Of a stretch of 64,000 nt of DNA, positions 25,628-38,169 are shown one piece after another. A program made the position numbers and the translations under genes. Origin of the DNA: Takakia lepidozioides (lineage: Eukaryota > Plantae > Bryophyta); the NCBI GenBank assembly GCA_030704615.1, contig CM060733.1:11904001-11968000 (forward strand), in the 5' to 3' direction. How positions within the stretch are numbered: position 1 is the stretch's first letter; every line of letters begins with the position of its first letter. Below the pieces are notes generated by a model. It was given only the letters and a program-made list of their open reading frames with translations. It was not told the origin of the DNA and searched no databases.

Positions 25628-26620
25628 GTAAGTGAGGCAGGAGACGCTGCTGAGCTTGAGCGTTTTTCTAGAGGTGTCATCGTTGTTTGTCTGACAAAAT
25701 TAAGTTCATGTATTGGAACAACGGGTCCATCACCAAAGGCAGTCACGTTGTGAATGTCGAAGTGGGCTCTACGACAGCCCTGATGGTAAAACCAAGTTCA
25801 AATTCATACTGGGAGGAAAATTGCGGAAGAGACGAACAGTCGATCGAGCTGATTGTGTGCCCACTGAGCATGTGCCCAGCTTCACAGATGATTTCTTCAA
25901 TGCTATCAACTACTTGCAGGCTGCAAAGGCCGCAAGGTCGAACGCTCATGGTGTCTGTTCTTCTTACGTTCCTCTTGTCTAATTCTCCTCCCTGTCTTTC
26001 TGCCCTGCCTATTCGTCGACTGAAAATTCAGATCTCACTCCTCTGCCAATGGTTCTATCATGACCAGACTTGAATCTAAACTAAGTCCTTGGCAATTAGG
26101 CGAGATCACACATCATAGGCCACTGCAGTCATCACTCTGTGCCACTGGCTCTTATTCCAACATGGCCAAATACCAACAATTACTTTATGCACAGATCCTT
26201 CAAGTCCTAATGATTCTTGACTCAACTGGAACTATCACCCAATCCTAGAATTTCACATGGTACTGGGATACACCCAATCCTCCCAACCGCCACACCATGC
26301 ATCAGCTTCTGTATTATCTCTCTTCCCTACTTGTAGACACTGTTCACCATGGCCGTCATGTCCGCCCCACTCTGTACAGCCAATGTCTACGAGTTCTCTT
26401 ATCTAGAGAAAAAAAACTATAAGAAGAGAATCCCTATCTTCTCCCTGTACACTTCTCTACCATCTTCATATGTAGCTTTTGGTCTTGATCAACGGGAGCT
26501 TGCCACCACCTGCTCTTCCACGTGACATCCCCATCACCTCCCCTAGACAGCCGTCGACGATTGCTGAACCGTTCAACATCTTGCCAAGCCTGTCGCATGT
26601 TCAATCTCACAGGGACGTTA

Positions 26621-27037
26621 TATCACCTCCCCTCCTATAAGGGAGTATTGTCCTCAATACTGAACTGGGGAAAATTCTTACGAAGATCATCTTATCTTTC
26701 CCATGTAGATTCTTCTACAAGGTAATTCTTCCACTTGATCAAGAATTCGTTTCAAGAACGAGATCTCAAGGTTTTCACCTCTACCTTAAGAATCTCTTCT
26801 AGTTCTGCCACAACTTCTCCTTCAGTTGTGACCTTTGGCAATTCTGGGATCAGAATATGGTTAGGATCGAAACATATTTCCTAAGGAGGCTCACATGAAA
26901 TACGTCATGTATCTTCCACTTAACAGGCAGTTCCAGCTGGTAGGCTACCTTGCCAATCTTCTTGATAATCTTGAAAGGTCCACAGTACCTTGGGGAAAGC
27001 TTGTAGCATTTTCCCAGGCTCAACTGGCTCTTCTTAG
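26621..27037 (-). mobile_element. Integrase C-terminus, chromodomain and PPT of the Tekay-like gypsy, displaced and inverted; its 3' LTR probably extends leftward from ~26620
   Basis: Minus-strand [55 protein letters not shown]...FLIKWKNYLVEESTWE...EDNTPL*, followed by the purine tract ggaggggaggtga. Confidence 0.8.
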
Positions 27038-27261
27038 GTACTCTAGCCCAGTTTCCAGTATCTGGTACTCCAGTCCAGTTTCCAGCATTCCAATATTCAA
27101 GTTATGTTCCAATATCTTGTACTCTTGTTCATTGTTATAAAGATCGTCTTGATTCCTATTTACTCATCGTGCATACAGCCACACCGACCTTGATTTCTTG
27201 TCTAGTCTTGTACCTCTAGTCTAATCTCTTGTTTGTGTTCAGTCATGTTCTCGTCTTGACA
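27038..27261 (+). mobile_element. Missing distal half of the copy A 3' LTR, in the opposite orientation
   Basis: Begins gtactctagcccagtttccag, exactly where the 19538-19926 half stops, and ends ...tcttgaca. Nearly identical to the reverse complement of 25005-25229. Confidence 0.88.
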
Positions 27262-29972
27262 TCACCTCTTTTTCTTTTCTTGATTATTGTTTGCTCTGAA
27301 TCTGCCGCCACTTGTTCAACTCCCTGTAGAGTAGGGTCTTGCGTACTTGCTTGAGTGCAGTCAAGGATCTTTGGTGCAAATTCAGTCCTTGGTTGTTGTA
27401 GATCAATTCGTCCAAATATGTCACCATCAGAACCTCTAATTATATCCTCGAGAAATTGCATCATGTCTGTCTCAATGGAAAATTCTGCAAATTCGGCCAT
27501 GACGTGCACCTCTCACAAATAATGACCTCTTTTAAACAGTAGTGTTCACGTCCTTAAGAAGAGTATGCCCGCGAGAAGTCTAGTTGACAAGCTTGCTAAA
27601 TGAGGGATATGCATGAGTTTCAGTTGAGAAACAACGGGGTGGTATCCCCTTAATACGCTTTAGGGCTGTAACGTTATTTTTCCCCGTTGCTATTTTAGGA
27701 ATCATCCGCATCGTTAGAATGGGCCCTCGTAAACGTCTTTCTGCTCGAAAACTACCTTCGTATGATCAAGGTATCGGTAAGTATACACTGTGAATTTCGG
27801 AAGGCTTAGCCTGGGCCAACAACAAGTGTTGACAACCTGAGAGAGGTTCCCAATGTCAGAGAGTTTCCAAGTTGAACAGGATGAAACACGAGACCCCCAA
27901 CACTAGGCTCAGAATACACAGTATCCTCATGATCTGCAACAAGGCAGAGGACCAAATCACTAGGACGCTGGAGATGGATGAGTGTAGTAGGGGGATGGAT
28001 GCTCACGCCAGCCTCTTCCAAAGTAAACCCACGCTTCTTGGGAAGCAGATTCAGCATGATGACCCTCCCTCTTCCTCCGCTTCTCCCTTCCTCCACAATG
28101 CCAGCTATGACATGATGAAGTGACGACCATACACCATACCTTCCTCCCCAATCCTTCATGAATTCAATTTTGTTCTGATATCTCATTTGAAACTATCTTT
28201 GGGTTTCATAGGCGTTTACAGTTTCCTGTGGTTGTCCTTTTCTTCCTTCCCTCTCTCTCTCTCTCTGCCCTCTTTTGCAGCTTTCATGTCTTTTCCTTGC
28301 GTTGAAGGAGTGGGAGGGCCTTACCTCATGCAGCAAATCTATGGGCCAGGCTGTGGAGCGGAAATGGGTGCCGAGCTTGGCAACGCCGAGCCCGAGACCC
28401 TTGCAAGTGATGGCTCTGACAGCTCCAGGGTCTCCAATGCAAGCGAACAAAGGTCTGGAGACGTAACTCCCTGGTATGTTTTTGGTCGTTGAACTGTCTC
28501 CATTGATCTTGACCTTTACCAGGAGAAACTGCAATCGATTTTTGGTCGAAGTTCACTTCATCGTCATGCTAGGGTGTGGAGGAATGCAAATCCTTCAGGA
28601 TCTTCTGGAATGTCTGAGATTTCTGGTATAGAATTTCTTCTTCTTTCCATAAGCATGTTTATGTGTGCGTGTTTGTGTGTGAGGGAGAGAGAGATGGTTA
28701 GCGTGTGTCTTGCTTCCTGCCATAACTGTGTATGCTGTGGGGAATTACCTACCAGGGTTCTGTGGAGGGGGACAGCTCTGACACAGGAATCCACTGCAAG
28801 TTCTAAAGAGAGGTGCAAATATCTTGAGCTCACTCCTTCATGTAGAGGGCTAAGCTGCTGAACTTGTTTGAACAAAAATCCCATATCATAGACCCAAATG
28901 GAAGGATACGCCGCAAGGACCTTGCCCTTACCCTAAAGCTATGGGATAACCACTGTGCACGAAAATTCGTCAAGCTCCTCGGACATAGCATAAGAGCCCA
29001 GCATAGCAAAGTGGCAGTAATCTGGGATAGGCAATTCTTGGGCAATTGCTTGAACAAGTCAATCCACTCTAACAAAGAAATAAAGCTAACATCCTGTGTT
29101 GAAGGACAGGGATGGGGCACTCAAAGTTCTATGTGGAGTAGCCAATGCTACAGCGGCTTATCAAACACATCTGCCCTTATCATTGACCTCCAACTCCAGG
29201 ACCTGAGATCACAAACACAAACATGCATTATGCAGCTGAAGTGGTGCAACCAAAATATTAATTTGACTGCAGGCCAAGGAATAAGCATATAACGACTTTG
29301 GCTGGAGGTCATATATCCTCCGCTGTGGTGGGACAACAGGTCTGAAAAGGTGTGCCTATCGCTATTGTCACCCAGTTGAGTTCCCAAGATAAATGGACAG
29401 AGATCCTTTTGTTGGTGATGCTGTTTTTAAGACTGGACAATGGTTTCAGTTGCTTTGATTAATAGTGACTAAGATCTTGTGTTTTTCCACCTGCCAGAGT
29501 GCTTGTTATCATTGTCAACATGAACTTTGGAATTGGTTTACTGAAAGTTGCGGTCTGTTGTTTGAAGCAATGGTTGTGTAGCTTTGGTGATTGTAGCATG
29601 GTATATGTGAGGCTATGGTCGAAGCTGTGGCTGCTCAGCGTCCCATTCTTGGTTTTCATACAGAAGTCCAAGATCAGCGTACTTTCGACATAAGCACACA
29701 ACTGAGGTCCTGTGGAATGATGGTTGTTTGAATCCTCCCTAGGGGAAAGTGGAGCTTGCTACCATGATACAAGGCCAAGCACTATCTGGTCATAGTTCCA
29801 ATGTCTATGTACACCATGGAGGTCAAGGCCAAGACAACAGGTATGGCTGTGATGATGGTTCAAGGGTTCCAACTGAAACAGGTAGAATTAGTATGGATTA
29901 TCGTCATGGTAGAGGTCTGTAGTAGTGCCCCTTAGCATGTAGCACCAAGCCTATATTCTTGTCCAGATATCT

Positions 29973-32555
29973 TTGTTTGTAAGGGTATTGAAGCTGTGGA
30001 GATGCAGGATTGCAGGGTTGAATCATACACAGTTGTTTGTTAGACCTCACACTAGTGATAGGGTTAACATCACCACGACCACTGCTTTTGAAAGAGGAGC
30101 AACAGAGGAAGTCAACAAGACCTCTTCTGGTGTTTGCGGGGTTCTGAGGACACTATCCAAAGCAGGACGATTGAAAGAGGCGCTGCACATTTTGAATCGA
30201 CAAGGGATTCGGCCAGACTCCAATACTTATGCCTGTCTCTTGCAGGCGTGCATCAACGTGAAAGGCCTAGCAGAGGGAAAGCAGGTGCACACCCACATTA
30301 TCCAGAGTGAACTCAAGCCAAGTATTTTTCTACTCAATACCCTTCTCAACATGTATGTGAAGTGTGGGAGCGTGGTGGATGCTCGCAAAGTATTTGACAA
30401 AATGCCGAAACGATCTTTGTTTACATGGAATATAATGATAGGAGGATATGCTAGGCATGGGTATGGGAGTGAGGCTTTCAAGATGTATAAGCAAATGTAC
30501 ATTCTGGAGGGGATGACACCCGACAGGATCACGTTCATTTGCGCTCTCAATGCATGTGCCAGCCTAGGAGCCCTGGAAAAGGGCAAAGAGGTCCATGCTG
30601 ACATCATCAAAGCTGGCATTGCACCATACGTAAACTTGGATAATACACTTGTGGACATGTATTGCAAATGTGGGAGCATGAAGGATGCACATAAAGTGTT
30701 TAACAGTATGGTTAAACGTGATGTGATCTCATGGAATTCAATGATAGCAGGATATTCTCAGCAGGGGTGTGGTAGGGAGGCTTTGGAGATCTATGAGAAA
30801 ATGCAACTGGAAGGGGTAATGCTAGACAGGGTCACATTTATCTGTGCTCTCAATGCATGTGCTAGCCTCAGAACCATGGAAACTGGCAAAGAGGTCCACG
30901 CGCACATTATGGAAACTGGAATTAGACCAGATATCATTCTCGAGACTGCTCTTGCCGACATGTATGCTAAATGTGGGAGCATGAAAGCTGCTCGTCAAGT
31001 GTTTGACAATATGGCTCAACGAAATAGGGTCTCATGGAATGCCATGATCACAGGATATGCTCAACATGGGTGTGGCCAGGAAGCATTGGAGATGTATGAG
31101 AGAATGCAACTGGAAGGTGTGATGCCGAACAGGGTTACATTTATATGCACTCTCACCGCTTGTGCCCTTTTAGGATCCCTGGAAAAGGGCAAAAAAGTCG
31201 AGGCTGACATCATCAAAGCTGGTATTGCGCCAGATAACATTCTGGAGACTGCCCTGGCTGACATGTATTGCAAATGCGGGAGCATGAAGGATGCACGTCA
31301 CGTTTTCGACTGCATGACGAAACTGGATGTGGTCTCATTCAATGCCATGATTGCAGGATATGCTCAGAGTGGGTTTGGTAACGAGTCTTTGATGATTTAC
31401 CAGCAAATGCAACGGGAAGGGGCGATGCCTAACAGGGTTACATTCATTTGCATACTCAATGCGTGCTCCAGCCTAGGAGCCCTGGGAAAGGGTAAAGAGC
31501 TCCATGCTGATATCATGAAGGCTGGAATTCCGTCCTATGTAAATTTGGAAAATGCTCTTGTTGACATGTATGCCAAATGTGGGAGCATGAAAGATGCACG
31601 GCAAGTTTTCTACAATATGCCTGAACGAGATGTAGTCTCATGGAATGCCATCCTCGCAGGATGTGCCCAGCATGGGTGTGGTTGGGAGGCCCTCCAATTG
31701 TTTGAACAAATGATGGAGGAAGGCTTAAAGCCAGACGGTGTCACCTTTATATCTCTTCTCTCTGCATGCAGCCATGTGGGTCTAGTGAAGGAAGGTCGTC
31801 ATTACTTCGAGACTATTAGTCAAGATCATGGCCTCACTCCTACAGTGGAGCATTTTGGCTGCATGGTGGACCTTCTTGGCCGTGCAGGGGAGTTGTATGA
31901 GGCAGAGGACTTAGTTAACAATATGCCCGTTGAACCAGGTGCTGGGGTGTGGGGGGCCTTGCTTGGGGCCTGCAGAATTCATGGGAATGTGGAGGTAGCT
32001 GAACGTGCTGCAAAATTCCTTTTCAAGAGTGATCCACAGGATCCTGCAACCTACGTGCTGCTATCAAACATCTATGCTGCGGCTGGCAGGTGGCATGATA
32101 AAGCAAGGGTGAGGAAAATGATGGACGACAGAGGTGTCAGAAAGGAGCCAGGGCATAGCTGCATTGAGGTTGACAATCAAGTGCATACCTTTGTTGCCGA
32201 AGACAAGTTGCATCCACAAATTGTGGAAATCTCTGCTGAACTGGAGAGATTGTCTAGGCAGATGAAGCAGGCTGGGTATGTGCCAGATACACGCTTTGTG
32301 TTACACGATTTGGAGGATGAGCACAAGGAATTTTCTCTTTGCCACCACAGTGAGAAGCTGGCCATTGCATTTGGGCTCATCAGCACTCCTGCTGGAACGC
32401 CCATCCATGTTGTAAAGAACCTTCGGGCGTGTGGTGACTGCCATACGGCCACCAAGTTCATCTCAAAGATTGTTAGGCGAGCAATTGTTGTACGCGATGT
32501 AAACCGCTTTCACCACTTTCAAGACGGGGTTTGTTCTTGTGGGGATTACTGGTAA
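29973..32555 (+). CDS. PLS-class pentatricopeptide repeat protein with E1-E2-DYW domain (organellar C-to-U editing factor); true start unresolved
   Basis: Uninterrupted 860-codon ORF with about 17 L/S/P repeats, E1/E2, PG box EPGHSCIEV, HSEKLA...NLRACGDCH zinc motif and terminal CSCGDYW*. The ORF opens at TTG and the first in-frame ATG lies inside the repeats, so an upstream exon is likely. Confidence 0.95.
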   Translation: MFVRVLKLWRCRIAGLNHTQLFVRPHTSDRVNITTTTAFERGATEEVNKTSSGVCGVLRTLSKAGRLKEALHILNRQGIRPDSNTYACLLQACINVKGLAEGKQVHTHIIQSELKPSIFLLNTLLNMYVKCGSVVDARKVFDKMPKRSLFTWNIMIGGYARHGYGSEAFKMYKQMYILEGMTPDRITFICALNACASLGALEKGKEVHADIIKAGIAPYVNLDNTLVDMYCKCGSMKDAHKVFNSMVKRDVISWNSMIAGYSQQGCGREALEIYEKMQLEGVMLDRVTFICALNACASLRTMETGKEVHAHIMETGIRPDIILETALADMYAKCGSMKAARQVFDNMAQRNRVSWNAMITGYAQHGCGQEALEMYERMQLEGVMPNRVTFICTLTACALLGSLEKGKKVEADIIKAGIAPDNILETALADMYCKCGSMKDARHVFDCMTKLDVVSFNAMIAGYAQSGFGNESLMIYQQMQREGAMPNRVTFICILNACSSLGALGKGKELHADIMKAGIPSYVNLENALVDMYAKCGSMKDARQVFYNMPERDVVSWNAILAGCAQHGCGWEALQLFEQMMEEGLKPDGVTFISLLSACSHVGLVKEGRHYFETISQDHGLTPTVEHFGCMVDLLGRAGELYEAEDLVNNMPVEPGAGVWGALLGACRIHGNVEVAERAAKFLFKSDPQDPATYVLLSNIYAAAGRWHDKARVRKMMDDRGVRKEPGHSCIEVDNQVHTFVAEDKLHPQIVEISAELERLSRQMKQAGYVPDTRFVLHDLEDEHKEFSLCHHSEKLAIAFGLISTPAGTPIHVVKNLRACGDCHTATKFISKIVRRAIVVRDVNRFHHFQDGVCSCGDYW

Positions 32556-35500
32556 AGCGGGCAACATGCCTGAGGGCAAACGATGACATGTCCCTATCTT
32601 TCAGTCATGTCATAACTGTACTGCCAAGAGAAGTGGCCATTATCAGACACCTCAGCCATTTGAAGTCAGATTAAGGAACATCACTTGTGCCCAGCAAGGA
32701 GCTGCCTTTTGATAGCTGTCCCACACTATGTAGTGGCTCTGCTATTAATGATGCCATCAGACCTGCAAGTTTCCCTTTGCAGGTGTGTGATGGGCAATGG
32801 AACACTATTCATTCCTACGGCCCATAGTCCATACTGTCCATCCCAACCATGCCGCCTCGCGCCAGTCCCCTCATTTCAGGAAGGGCCCGGCCCCGTCCGA
32901 GGGCCTCACCCTGCGCAAAGAAACAGAAAGGATTTTGCATTTCGATGGCCGCGATTTCCTTGATCGGACGGCTCACAAGAGCAGGAACCTCATGCGATGG
33001 AAGGTGCTTCCTCTCCTTGATAGAGAGGAGGAAATCTAGAGAGGAGAGGAGGAACCTTGTGCGGCGTAAGGTGTCATCCTCACCTGGTGGGAAAATTCTG
33101 CCCCGTAAGGTGCCATCCTCTCTAACTAAGAAACCCTGGCTGGGTCTTTACAGAAATTAGCAATGTTCCGTTTTCAGCGACACTTGGAGACTGGAAAACT
33201 TTCTAGACAAGATGTCCACTCAATTCATGCTGTACACACGCATAGGCAAGTGGTTACGTCATCAGCAGGAAGCTAGGCAAACACAGACTCCAGATTAGGG
33301 TGGATATGCCCATTCCCATCACCTATAAAACCCATCTATTACAGTTAAAAACATGCGTTTTTACTGCACTTAAGTTGCAACTGGCATGTGGCACCTTAAT
33401 GCAGGAGAGGACAGATTTGACATCTTTCAATGGTCAGGATCGTGGCTGGAGGCGTAGATGTAATGCAGTAATCAGGTCTTCCTGCAATTGTTGCGCGATA
33501 GCTCGAGGGCTCCCCATTGTATCCGGTAATCACTCTCCACGCAGCAATTACCTAGTTCTTAATAGAAATAGGTGTTGTTAGTATACGTTGGATGGTGTTC
33601 TAAAATGACAAGTCGCGTCTTGGATTAGAATATGCAGTTCACCTGCAAGTCTAAAAATCTTGACGGCCAAAGCACATGCTTTATGGAAGGACTGTTGATC
33701 ATTGTTAGAAATTCACCACAAGGTAGATTGTCACGCATTTCAAGGTGTGCACTTCCTCATAGATTCTGCACTACTTTAGAGCTGATTTAACTCAAAAATA
33801 TCACTTATTGATGTCACATTTGGCCTTTGCAGCAGGAGCCAAGATCAGCGGGAGGAGCCCTACTCGCAGTTCAGAATCTCAAGAGAGTTCTTAATAACTT
33901 TCTTCGAGTCTTTTAGTTTGAGATTTTAACTGGTGAGCATGACTGAGGACTCTCTTCAGTAATTTGCATAGGCATTGACAAAGTCCAAATTAGGCATCCT
34001 CTATCCTCTTATGACCATAGGAATGTTTATAGACATAGCTATGACCAATCCTAAAATATTAAAAAATTATCATAATTCATCCAAAACTCGTAATTTTTTC
34101 TCTAGTGAATAAGGATTGCAAATGCCTCTATGCCCCAATTGGTCCCATGTCAAAAGACTTTGTTAGCTGACAACACTGCTTATTTCCACGAGAATGGGCA
34201 TATCCATCCTATATTCACTCCAGCAGCTGATTGTCCACCATTTGATGGGGAAAAACTATGCGGTTGTGGATGTCAGTTTGGTTACACTCCACTCTCACAA
34301 GCTAAGCGAAACTAGAAACTGACAAGGCTGATTTTGGTAATGATGTGCTGAGAGTTCTTTCCAGATGACTCATTATAGTGCCTGAAATAGCCATCTTATA
34401 AGGATAACATCTAAAGCAAAATAAACTGCAGGCTGGAAGGCTTTTGTTAAGGTCTAAGCCATTCAAATCAGATTGGAGGTGACTAAAGTGGGAAGGAAAC
34501 CATGCAAAATCAAAACTTCAGGTTCATGACATCTGGAGACAACTGCAAAAGTAGGACTCGCTCAAGTGGGTGAGAATAGCAGAGGAAAATACAACAAAGT
34601 AAAATAAATAATTGTGAGCACGTTGCAACAAGCATATTTTGTACGATGAATATGAGATGTATGTGCAAGCTCAAGAGGCCCAGTAAAAAGGGGCCGATAC
34701 CCCAATGGAAAAGAGGCTCTTATTTACGCTAGCTCCTATTTGGCATCATATGTATGTATATCAGTGCTTGTCTGGTATTGGCATTTTGTCCTACCAGGTT
34801 GGTCCCGGGGATGGCTGCCAAAATGAAGTACCATATGGAAACTGATACTAGAGGATTGATTGAATTTACAAACCGTCTGGTATCTATAATGAAGATATTG
34901 TGAATTGCTTAGAATTGGTATCAATACAAGTGATTAGCTAACACCACTTCGTATCAATGATGACCTATGGTATCAAACCAGATTCAAAATAATCACAAAA
35001 ACAACTAGTGAAGCATGCAAATGAGGCCAAGGTGTGAATGAAACTTCTAGGTGTATTACGCAACACAATCTGGTATACAAGACATATAACACAACAACAG
35101 ATATATCACCAACCAAAAGATTCACATATCAAACACAAATCAGGTCACAAAAGTCGTTGTAGATTCCTAAATGAGCCCATACTTGCCCATGGTGCACAAA
35201 ATCTCCCTAAATCTCACAGCAGTATAGCAAGCATTGATACCAGTGGAGTAACGGCTGCAAAACGCGCGGAGCAAGTATCAACAATGAACCCTAGCGCCTG
35301 ATATTAGATTGGTATATTGGTTGCTATCTTTGTACCAAAACCTACTGTCTGTGCATCGGTACCGCCCTAGGCATCTCACATCTGGGATCAGGCTGTTCTG
35401 TTCTTTGATATCACGGTTGTTACTTGTTACCAGGTGCTTAGTCCAATACCAAACCAACACTAATATATACTCACAATATATGACACCCACTGGAAGTAAG

Positions 35501-36300
35501 CGTAAATTATGGGGTCTCTTCACCCAAGAAGGCCTACTGGTTTTTGGTAGGAAGGTGGACATCTTTGTGACTCCAATCAGTGGATTAGATCCACGACCAC
35601 TTCCCAGGTGGCATGTACCCATTACCCTTGGGCTTCAACTTGTTGTCTTATATATATATATATAGCAAACTTCCACACTTCCAAAGATCTTACATTGATG
35701 GTCAAAAATGCAAGTATGACCAGTGATGATGGTGACATGTCATTTAACATGCATAGATGAGTATGTAAGTGGTTGCAATCAGAGGGACACAATATGTACC
35801 CCAAGTCATTTAAGAAAGAAAACAATTTAGCTGGACATCTAGGAAGATGACTATTGCATGCAAGCCCCACATACCTATTGCATGCGCTGTGAAAGTGGCA
35901 ATTGCATGTGCACCTACGTGTAAGTAGTGCATGAATTAGCAAACAATGTGGCTAAGTTGGAGAAGAATGTTGGACGTTGGTCCAAGATAGAGCTGATGTG
36001 TGCAGCACGATGAGTTGGGAACGCCATACTATACCCAAAAGAGAGTGCAAAAAGACAGAGCCAACACACACCATATGAGGATCATGAGGGGACACAAGGA
36101 CGGAAGCTAAATACTGGGTGTTGGTGGTAGGGGCTGGCTGCAGTTGCAAATATTGTGGAAGTGTAAAAGGAAAAGGGATTTGGCTGCAGTTCTGATAGTA
36201 CACTGACTCAGCATGTCAGCATACATCATTAATATGGTACATGGCTAAAACAGCCTTTAACGTTCTTCTCCGGGTTCAACGACCAACGTCCAGCCTTTAA

Positions 36301-37557
36301 CCCTTAAGAGTCAAACCGACCCTTTTTGGGTCGGTTAGGTTTCTTTAACCAGCCATAACTTCCTGTGGTTAAGGCTGATTGGCCTTTTTTTCAGCTCAAT
36401 CGACAGATACTCGGGTCCCCCTTCATATGGCATTGGCCAATTGGTCAATGCCTGAAGGGGTATGGGTCTGGACCAATTAGAAGGGGGAACACTCAGCTTT
36501 TTGAGGCCAAATTGGCCCCCCTAACCTGCCCAAGTTGCTGACATGGCAACTGCGGTTAGGTTAGGGTGACTGAAAGATACCCCATAAAGGTTAGGGCGGC
36601 ACGCTCCCAATCCCCTTGATTGCCCGGCGAGCATGGCGCCTGGCGCAGGTCTGGGCATTCCCAGGCATGGGCCCTAGCCTGAATCGACGGCGATGGCAGC
36701 TCCGGCGAACGCCGTGCAGGGCGGGCTAGATGGAGTGGAGCCACGATGGCGGCAGAGCTCGGGGCTCGAGAAAAACGCCACGAGGGGTGGGCCAAACCTA
36801 GGGCGGGGTTTGAGAGGGTTGAGAGTGGAGTGGCCCCCCATGAAAGCAGGGCCGGGTAAGCCAAAGGAGCTCCCAAGCCCCGTGCCCTTCTGGGCTATGG
36901 CTTTAAATATCCTAGGCCTGCAGGCTATAACATAGGTGTGCCATTTGAAGTCTTGGGCAGGGAACCTAAAGATGTGAGGGCAGTTACCGATTGGTCACAA
37001 ACTTTTTTTGGGATCTCATATGGATGTTCATGACACTTCAATTTTAGGGATTAGGAATTGAACGGCTGAATTTGTTTGTATAATTTTAGGAAGAGATATT
37101 TTGGCCTGAAAAATGGCATATTTTGGCATATTTTGGCATATTTAGAAAATGGCATATTTTGACCCCCCAATTTGTCACTACAAAGGAGCCCACTTGAGAA
37201 CATTTCAGAAAAAACTGAAATTTTATGAGAATGTGTGTTATCAGTTATGGAACAACATTCTTGAGACTCTCAAACAGAAAAAATTAAAAATGCCCAAATA
37301 CGAGCAAAAAACTGCTTTTTTTGGCACCTAGTTCTTAGTGGAGATTTTTTTTTGTCCCCACTCTACACTTCATAATCTTCAGATCTGGCAGTTAGATTTT
37401 GGTGAAACTTTTTGTGGTAGGAGGTGGGGTAGGTGGGAAGTAATTCCAATGGTCAGTTTTTACAGCGACACAAAGATTCTATAGATAATTTTTTTTTTGG
37501 TGGGCCAGGGTCATGTTTTTCTACAAGAGGGTGAAAATGAGTTTTGACACTTAAGGG
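36301..37557 (+). mobile_element. Non-autonomous piggyBac-like DNA transposon, copy 1 (1257 bp)
   Basis: TTAA at 36297-36300 and 37558-37561. TIRs are cccttaagagtcaaa and tttgacacttaaggg (14/15 match). No coding capacity. Homologous along its length to 47315-48537 in inverted orientation. Confidence 0.85.
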
Positions 37558-38169
37558 TTAACGTCCTTCTCTTCGTGGACATACTTACGTTTCATTATAC
37601 TATTTCTTCTTCATGTCCATGGGTGATGTTGGGCACCAACATGAGAGTGGAGAGTGTAAAAGTATTTTACAAAGGGGATTTAAGCGGACTAGCCAGTTAT
37701 AAGTCAAGATATATTTTCATTATGTGTCTGTATGCGACTATGATTTTTCTGCTGAAAATTACATCTTCAATGGAATTTCCTGTATTCCATTGCCAACCCA
37801 TATGGCTCTACAATGATTTTACAAAAGATTCGAATGAATATTTACTCCAAAACTGAATAGGAAAGGTAAGTGGTTTGTAATTACACCAACATAAATCCCT
37901 CTTATTCAATAGAATCAAAGCCTGATAATGCCCCTGGAAAACCTGACAAAACTTTACTACTTGGCCGAAAATTTGATCCCTTGCTTATGACACATGCCCT
38001 TCCTACCTACGTTATTTGAATAAAGCTTAGAGTCATCTTAACCCTTAAGGGCCTGCCATCGGCCAAATTTCAGCCCCAAGAAAAGTAATCTATGGTGAGT
38101 TAATTGAGGCTACACACCTACCATATCATATCCAAAAATTTGAACATTACCATATTCACCTTGCCTACC

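Noticed and set aside
27660-28900. Possible solo LTR or unknown repeat upstream of the PPR gene
   Set aside because: It has an LTR-like texture and a tgtaac start, but I found no second copy, terminal CA with TSD, or PBS to support a call.
36550-36600. Telomere-like ttaggg motifs inside the piggyBac-like element
   Set aside because: Only a few scattered hexamers, not a tandem array.
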